Assembly: GCA_963695545.1 (NCBI GenBank)
Contig: OY968796.1
Location: 544,001-608,000 of the forward strand
From: Terriglobia bacterium
GTDB lineage: Bacteria; Acidobacteriota; Terriglobia; Acidiferrales; UBA7541
Length of the DNA stretch: 64,000 nt
Direction: 5' to 3'
Shown: positions 58,438-64,000 of the stretch, piece after piece
Layout: each line of letters starts with the position of its first letter
Position numbering within the stretch: the first letter of the stretch is position 1
Notes under the pieces: model-generated
Databases searched by the model: none
What the model saw: only the letters and a program-made list of their open reading frames with translations
Told to the model about the DNA's origin: nothing
Position numbers and translations under genes: made by a program

Positions 58438-58514
58438 TGGCGCGCCCGGAGAGATTCGAACTCCCGACCCTCTGGTTCGAAGCCAGATGCTCTATCCAGC
58501 TGAGCTACGGGCGC
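58438..58514 (-). tRNA. tRNA-Arg (anticodon TCG)
   Basis: GCGCCCG TAGCTCAGCTGGATAGAGC A TCTGG CTTCGAA CCAGA GGGTC GGGAG TTCGAAT CTCTC CGGGCGC GCCA; complete 77-nt cloverleaf with encoded CCA. Confidence 0.97.
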
Positions 58515-58668
58515 GAAGCATCCAATCTACATCAAGCCGGGCGGTGCGGCCGAGAATAATTTCCCCGGCTCCGGCCGCAATGTCCCAGCCGTGCCCCGCG
58601 CCAAGTTCCCACGCGCATCCGCCAAATCTCGTCGAGCAACCTGCCTTCCAACGACCGTCGGCCCGAAT

Positions 58669-58697
58669 TTGTCCGCCTTCGCTCTCTGTGTTAGGCT
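58669..58697 (+). promoter_or_regulatory. Putative sigma70 promoter upstream of mqnD
   Basis: TTGTCC-17 nt-TAGGCT with TGn extended -10. Confidence 0.45.
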
Positions 58698-58876
58698 CTC
58701 ACCGGGGTGGTACCAAGCAGGACCGAGCCCAGTCCGGCGGCGCTCCCCGCGTCGTGGATTTGTCTTTCGAGCCGCCTTTCGAGCACGACTTCGAGAGCTC
58801 GGTGAAGTCTCCCCGGACGCGCACTTAGCCTATGCGCGGCCATCGCGACGGCCGAAGGGACACGGGTCCTCACAAC

Positions 58877-59746
58877 ATGGTGCAGAAGGAAGCCACAAGC
58901 CGCATCCGCGAAATCAAGCTGGCGCATTCGCCGGATTCCGACGACGCCTTCATGTTCTACGGCTTGGCGACCCACAAAGTCCTCACGCCCGGGCTGCAAT
59001 TCAAGCACGTGCTCGCCGACATCGAAACGCTGAATCAGGCAGCCGACCAGGAAATCTACGACGTCACGGCCATCAGCTTCGCGGCCTACGCGCATTTGCG
59101 CGACAAATACGTGCTTCTCGATTGCGGCGCGAGTTTCGGCGAAGGCTACGGCCCGATCGTAGTGGCTTCGCACCCGTTGAAGCGGGAAGATCTCGCCGGC
59201 GTGCGCGTCGGCGTGCCGGGGCTGCGCACCACGGCGTATCTGGCGCTGAAACTTTACGAGCCGCGCGTCGTCCCCGTGGTGATTCCGTTCGACAAGATTC
59301 TTGACGCCGTGCGCAATTCCACCGTGGACGCCGGCCTGCTGATCCACGAAGGCCAATTGATGTTCTCGCAGCTCGGTCTTCACCGCGTGGTGGAGCTGGG
59401 CCAGTGGTGGATGGAGCTGACCGGGATGCCTTTGCCGCTCGGCGGAAATGCCGTGCGCCGCGCGCTCGGACCCAAGATCGGCCGGCAAATCGCCACGGCC
59501 ATCCGCCAAAGCGTGGCATTTTCGCTCGACCACCGCGAAGCCGCGCTCAATTACGCCATGCAATTCGCGCGCGACATGGACCCGGAGCTGGCCGACAAAT
59601 TTGTCGGCATGTACGTGAACAAGTGGACACTCGGCTACGGCGAGCGCGGCCGTGGCGCAGTCCGCGAATTGCTTGCCCGCGGAGTGGCAGCCGGCCTTGT
59701 GCCGCCTCCGGCCGACGCTGAATTTCTCAGCGAGGCCGAGTCTTAG
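58877..59746 (+). CDS. mqnD: MqnD-like 1,4-dihydroxy-6-naphthoate synthase (MqnA/MqnD family, futalosine pathway)
   Basis: HSPDSDDAFMFYGL, DIETLN, GYGP, TTAYL, LIHEGQL, PLPLGG, MYVN. Confidence 0.8.
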   Translation: MVQKEATSRIREIKLAHSPDSDDAFMFYGLATHKVLTPGLQFKHVLADIETLNQAADQEIYDVTAISFAAYAHLRDKYVLLDCGASFGEGYGPIVVASHPLKREDLAGVRVGVPGLRTTAYLALKLYEPRVVPVVIPFDKILDAVRNSTVDAGLLIHEGQLMFSQLGLHRVVELGQWWMELTGMPLPLGGNAVRRALGPKIGRQIATAIRQSVAFSLDHREAALNYAMQFARDMDPELADKFVGMYVNKWTLGYGERGRGAVRELLARGVAAGLVPPPADAEFLSEAES

Positions 59747-60045
59747 CGCGCTTCCGCAGCATCCAATTGCAACCCAGGCAACGTGCCGCGCGAAACGTGT
59801 CCCGCGCTTGCCTTCAGGTGTAAAATAATAGCTAGGAAGAAGTATGCAGAAAATGGCAAGCGGAAAGGTGTATTCCCAACCTTCGCCAACGTCTCCTCAG
59901 TAGCGCAAGACCTTGAAACACTCGCCCGGCGCCGGGCGACCTTGAGGCAATTGCACTTTAACTTGCACGCAAGAAACACCAAGCGCCGCTTTGCTGTCTG
60001 GGACGGCGGCCGGAGTAACCACCGGAGCGCCCTCCGGAACAACCG

Positions 60046-63000
60046 ATGAGAAACCTCACACAAATCGGCAGCGAACTGCGTGAGTTGATGGCCCAGCGCA
60101 TCCTGATACTCGATGGCGCCATGGGCACGATGCTGCAGCGCGCGCATCTCACGGCCGCCGATTTCGGCGGGCCAAAACTTGAAGGCTGCTTCGAGCTCTT
60201 GGTCGCGAGCCGGCCCGACGTGATATCCGGAATCCATCGCAAATATCTCGAAGCCGGCGTCGATATCATCGAGACCGATTCGTTCGGCAGCACGTCGATC
60301 GTGCTCGGAGAATATGGCCAGGAGAAACGCGCCTACGAATTGAGCCGCGCTGCGGCGGAGCTCGCGCGCCGCGCAGCCGACGAATTCTCTTCCCCCGCCA
60401 AGCCGCGTTTCGTTGCCGGCGCGATGGGCCCCACCACCAAAGCCATCAGCGTCACCGGCGGCGTCACCTTCGACGAATTGCGCGACGCATATCACGAACA
60501 GGCGCGCGGCCTGATCGATGGCGGCGCGGATCTGCTGCTGCTCGAAACCTGCCAGGACACGCGCAACATCAAGGCCGGCGCTCTGGCGATCGATCGCCTC
60601 GCGCGCGAAGTCGGCCACGTGATTCCGCTGATCATCTCGGCGACGATCGAGCCCATGGGCACCATGCTCGCCGGGCAAGATGTCGAGGCGCTTTGGGCCT
60701 CGCTCGAACATTTGCGTCTGCTGGCCGTGGGCCTGAATTGCGGCACTGGTCCCGAATTTATGACCGATCACCTGCGCACGCTCGCCGGCCTCGCCACCTG
60801 CGGCGTGTCCTGCTATCCGAATGCGGGCCTGCCGAATGAGGACGGTCTGTACCTCGAGACGCCCACCACGCTCGCCGCGCAGCTCGAAAAATTTGTGCGC
60901 CACGGCTGGCTCAATTTGGTTGGCGGCTGTTGCGGCACAACCGAAGAGCATATGCGCGCGATTGCGCAGATGGCTGCGGGCCAAGCGCCGCGCCGCCTCG
61001 TCGAGTCAGCACATCGCGCCGTATATTCCGGCATCGAATCGATCGAAGCCGAGCCCAGCACGCGCCCCTTGCTCGTCGGCGAGCGCACCAACGTGATCGG
61101 CTCGCGACTGTTCAAGGGACTGGTCGCCACTGAACAATGGGACGAAGCCAGCGAAATTGCGCGGCGCCAGGTGAAAAGCGGGGCGCACATCGTGGACGTC
61201 TGCCTGCAAAGCACCGAGCGCGAAGAGCTCAACGATATCGCGCCGTTCTACGACAAGCTCATCCGCAAAGTGAAAGTGCCGCTGATGATCGATACCACCG
61301 ATGCCAAGGCCATCGAAACGGCGCTGAAGTATTGCCAGGGCAAAAGCCTGATCAATTCGATCAACCTTGAAGATGGCGAGGAGAAATTCCAGCGCGTCGT
61401 GCCGCTCGCGCGATCCTACGGCGCAGCTGTGGTGGTCGGCTGCATCGATGAAGATCCCAAGCAGGCGCAGGCGTTCACGCGCGAGCGCAAATTGGCCGTC
61501 GCCGATCGCTCTTACAAGCTGCTCACGGAGAACTATCAGCTTCCGCCCGAAGATATCATTTTCGATCCGCTGGTTTTTCCGTGCGCCACGGGAGATGAAA
61601 ACTACATCGGCGGCGCTGTCGAAACCATGGAAGGCATTCGCCTGATCAAAGCGAATATTCCGTTCGCACGCACGATTCTGGGCATCTCGAATGTTTCGTT
61701 CGGTCTGCCGGCGGGCGCGCGCGAAATCGTCAATTCGGTTTTCCTGTACCACTGCACCAAAGCCGGCCTCGATCTCGCCATCGTGAATGCCGAGCGCATC
61801 GAGCGCTTCGCTTCGATCCCGGACGCGGAACGCAAGCTGGCGGAAGATCTTTTGTTCAACCCTCCGCCGACGGCTTTTCCCGCGGATCATCCGCAAGCCA
61901 CGCTGTTCCGCGAAGCGCCGGCGGATTGGCGCGAACAAACTCGCGAGCAGAAAATCGCCGTGAATCAATTTCACATCGCGGCCATCGCCGACCATTTCCG
62001 CTCCGCGAAGCGCCGCGAACGCGATGCCGGCGAACAAATTTCGCTCGACGCGCGCCTGGCTCGCTACATCGTCGAAGGCAGCCGCGACGGTTTGGTGGCC
62101 GATCTCGAAAACAAACGCGCCGAAGGCGCGAAGCCGCTTGACATCATCAATGGTCCGCTGATGGCGGGCATGGCCGAAGTAGGCCGCTTGTTCAACGCCA
62201 ACGAGCTGATCGTCGCCGAAGTGCTGCAATCCGCCGAAGCCATGAAGGCGGCCGTCGGCCACCTCGAGCAATTCATGGAATCGAGCGACATGGAAAAGCG
62301 CGCCCGAATTCTGCTCGCGACCGTGAAGGGCGACGTGCACGACATCGGCAAAAATCTCGTCGAAATCGTGTTGAAAAACAACGGCTACGAGGTCATCAAC
62401 CTCGGCATCAAAGTGCCGCCGGAAGATTTGATCCGCGCGTTTCGCGAGCATCATCCGGACGCCATCGGCCTTTCCGGTTTGCTCGTGAAGAGCGCCGAGC
62501 AAATGGCCATCACCGCGACCGACTTGCGCGACGCCGGCATCGAAGTTCCGCTACTGGTCGGCGGAGCCGCGCTCTCGGATAAATTCACGCGCCTAAAAAT
62601 CGCGCCGCGCTACGGCAACGCCGTGTGCTACGCGAAGGACGCCATGAATGGCTTGGATCTGATGAATCAATTGAGCGACGCCGCGCGGCGCGACGCCGTG
62701 CTTCGCGCGCACGCGCCCGGCACCGAAGTCGCGCCAGAGCCCGAACGCCCGGCTGCGGCGATCGGCCCGTCCGAGGAGCGCTCGACTCGCGTTCGCGTTG
62801 ATCTGCCGATTCCCTCCGTCACGTATCTCGATGCCAAAATTCGCGCCGTGCCCGAACTCAAAGAACTCTGGAGCTACGTCAATCCCTACATGCTCTACGG
62901 CCGGCATCTCGGCTTCAAAGGGCAATTCGAGAAGGCGCTCGCCGAGCGCGATCCGCAAGCGCGCGAACTTTACGAAAACGTAGAAGAGGTGAAGCTCGCG

Positions 63001-63612
63001 GCGGAGAAATTCCTGAAAGTCCGCGCCGTATGGCAATTCTTCGAGGCCGAGCGCGATGGCAACGCGATTCATTTGTTCGCCGCGGGGTCGGACACACCGC
63101 TGCACACCTTCCATTTCCCGCGTCAGCGCGTGCCCGATGGCCTCTGCCTGAGCGACTACATTTTGCCGCGCGCGGCCGCCGCGCGCGATCACCTGGCGCT
63201 TTTCGTCGTCACCGCCGGCGAAGGCATTCGCGATCGCGCCGAAGAAAGCAAGCGCGAAGGCCGCTATTTTTATTCGCACGCGCTGCAAGCGCTCGCCATC
63301 GAATCGGCGGAAGCCTGCGCCGAATGGCTGCATCGCCGCATCCGCGAAGATTGGGGTTTCCCCGATCCGCCCGCGATGACCATGCCCGAACGCTTCACCG
63401 CGAAGTATCGCGGCAAGCGCTACAGTTTCGGTTATCCCGCGTGCCCGAATTTGGACGATCAAGCCGGCATCTGGCAACTGCTCTTGCCGGAGCGCATCGG
63501 CGTGCGCCTCACCGAAGGCTTCATGATGGACCCCGAGGCGAGCGTCAGCGCGCTCGTCTTTCAGCACCCGGATTGCACATATTTTTCGGCCGTCGATCCA
63601 GCTCAAAGCTGA
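60046..63612 (+). CDS. metH: Cobalamin-dependent methionine synthase
   Basis: LDGAMGT, GLNC, GGCCGT, VGERTNVIGS, GDVHDIGKNLV, LSGLL, RYSFGYPACP. Confidence 0.97.
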   Translation: MRNLTQIGSELRELMAQRILILDGAMGTMLQRAHLTAADFGGPKLEGCFELLVASRPDVISGIHRKYLEAGVDIIETDSFGSTSIVLGEYGQEKRAYELSRAAAELARRAADEFSSPAKPRFVAGAMGPTTKAISVTGGVTFDELRDAYHEQARGLIDGGADLLLLETCQDTRNIKAGALAIDRLAREVGHVIPLIISATIEPMGTMLAGQDVEALWASLEHLRLLAVGLNCGTGPEFMTDHLRTLAGLATCGVSCYPNAGLPNEDGLYLETPTTLAAQLEKFVRHGWLNLVGGCCGTTEEHMRAIAQMAAGQAPRRLVESAHRAVYSGIESIEAEPSTRPLLVGERTNVIGSRLFKGLVATEQWDEASEIARRQVKSGAHIVDVCLQSTEREELNDIAPFYDKLIRKVKVPLMIDTTDAKAIETALKYCQGKSLINSINLEDGEEKFQRVVPLARSYGAAVVVGCIDEDPKQAQAFTRERKLAVADRSYKLLTENYQLPPEDIIFDPLVFPCATGDENYIGGAVETMEGIRLIKANIPFARTILGISNVSFGLPAGAREIVNSVFLYHCTKAGLDLAIVNAERIERFASIPDAERKLAEDLLFNPPPTAFPADHPQATLFREAPADWREQTREQKIAVNQFHIAAIADHFRSAKRRERDAGEQISLDARLARYIVEGSRDGLVADLENKRAEGAKPLDIINGPLMAGMAEVGRLFNANELIVAEVLQSAEAMKAAVGHLEQFMESSDMEKRARILLATVKGDVHDIGKNLVEIVLKNNGYEVINLGIKVPPEDLIRAFREHHPDAIGLSGLLVKSAEQMAITATDLRDAGIEVPLLVGGAALSDKFTRLKIAPRYGNAVCYAKDAMNGLDLMNQLSDAARRDAVLRAHAPGTEVAPEPERPAAAIGPSEERSTRVRVDLPIPSVTYLDAKIRAVPELKELWSYVNPYMLYGRHLGFKGQFEKALAERDPQARELYENVEEVKLAAEKFLKVRAVWQFFEAERDGNAIHLFAAGSDTPLHTFHFPRQRVPDGLCLSDYILPRAAAARDHLALFVVTAGEGIRDRAEESKREGRYFYSHALQALAIESAEACAEWLHRRIREDWGFPDPPAMTMPERFTAKYRGKRYSFGYPACPNLDDQAGIWQLLLPERIGVRLTEGFMMDPEASVSALVFQHPDCTYFSAVDPAQS

Positions 63613-63649
63613 TCGCGCCGCCGCGGCCTCGCAACTTCTTCGCTTCGAT

Positions 63650-64000
63650 TCACTGACCGCCAGGCTGCGTGCCCGCCGCTGCTGCGAGCTGTTGCTCAGC
63701 GTAAGCCACTTCCGCCTGCACCGCGGGATCGCCGGGCGCCGGCTGAACTTTCAGCTCGTGCTGAAAGCACGCGAGAGCGTTGTCCCAATCGAGCACCGTG
63801 GCATACGCGCGCCCCAGTTCATCCCATTCGGCAACCGATTTCGGATCGCGCTCCGCCTGCGCGCGCAGCGCCGGAATTGCCGCTTCAACTTTTTCTGCGC
63901 GAACCAAATTGTCGACGAAGTGCTGATAGTAGCCCGCGTCCTGCGGATCCAATTGTTCCGCGCGGCGATAGCACTCTTCCGCATCAGCCCATCGCCGCTG
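63650..64000 (-). CDS. Tetratricopeptide repeat protein, 3' part (5'-truncated by window edge)
   Basis: Frame open to the edge: WADAEECYRRAEQLDP...WDELGRAY...ALACFQHELKVQP. Confidence 0.75.
   Translation of the reverse strand, partial: QRRWADAEECYRRAEQLDPQDAGYYQHFVDNLVRAEKVEAAIPALRAQAERDPKSVAEWDELGRAYATVLDWDNALACFQHELKVQPAPGDPAVQAEVAYAEQQLAAAAGTQPGGQ

Larger units (their letters stand above)
54136..58447. mobile_element. Putative degenerate tRNA-anchored islet carrying the GH54 gene
   Basis: TGGCGCGCCC at 54136 equals the tRNA 3' end at 58438; tandem direct repeats near both ends; lower-GC non-coding flanks; no integrase seen. Confidence 0.45.

Noticed and set aside
59880..60045. SAM-I, SAH, cobalamin or ZTP riboswitch before metH
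   Set aside because: Core consensus elements of these classes could not be matched by eye; reported only as an unassigned structured leader.
1..64000. CRISPR array, rRNA, integrase/transposase or anti-phage defence genes
   Set aside because: No repeat-spacer array or such genes seen; the E1-like/JAMM/ubiquitin-fold genes sit with cysM, include a rhodanese and lack an E2, which fits sulfur transfer rather than defence.

Overview
GC-rich bacterial chromosomal window. Gene content (kinase with TolB-like propeller, PilZ-like proteins, PadR pair, MqnD) suggests Acidobacteriota (inference). Left to right: (1) a Ser/Thr kinase and a cysM-JAMM protease-sulfur carrier-moeZ-CDGSH cluster; (2) a mixed region with an LLM monooxygenase, receiver proteins, PL10 pectate lyase, a PadR pair, def and several repeat elements; (3) about 26 kb of signalling genes: a Pil-Chp-like chemosensory cluster headed by a GAF/PAS kinase and a sigma54 activator (minus strand), divergent from a TonB-C-domain gene plus MCP-cheW-cheR-cheA-cheB-cheY-cheX (plus strand), with a readable UAS/AT-rich/sigma54 promoter between them, then a PilZ-Cys4-PilZ protein and an orphan solute-binding protein; (4) an RraA-like/RND/TolC/TSUP operon preceded by a small membrane ORF ending in RSPP and a terminator-like hairpin; (5) a GH54 glycosidase with apparently nested repeat domains on a likely islet at tRNA-Arg(UCG); (6) mqnD, metH and a partial TPR gene. 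No CRISPR array, rRNA or intact integrase/transposase was seen. All family calls come from motif recognition, not database searches.
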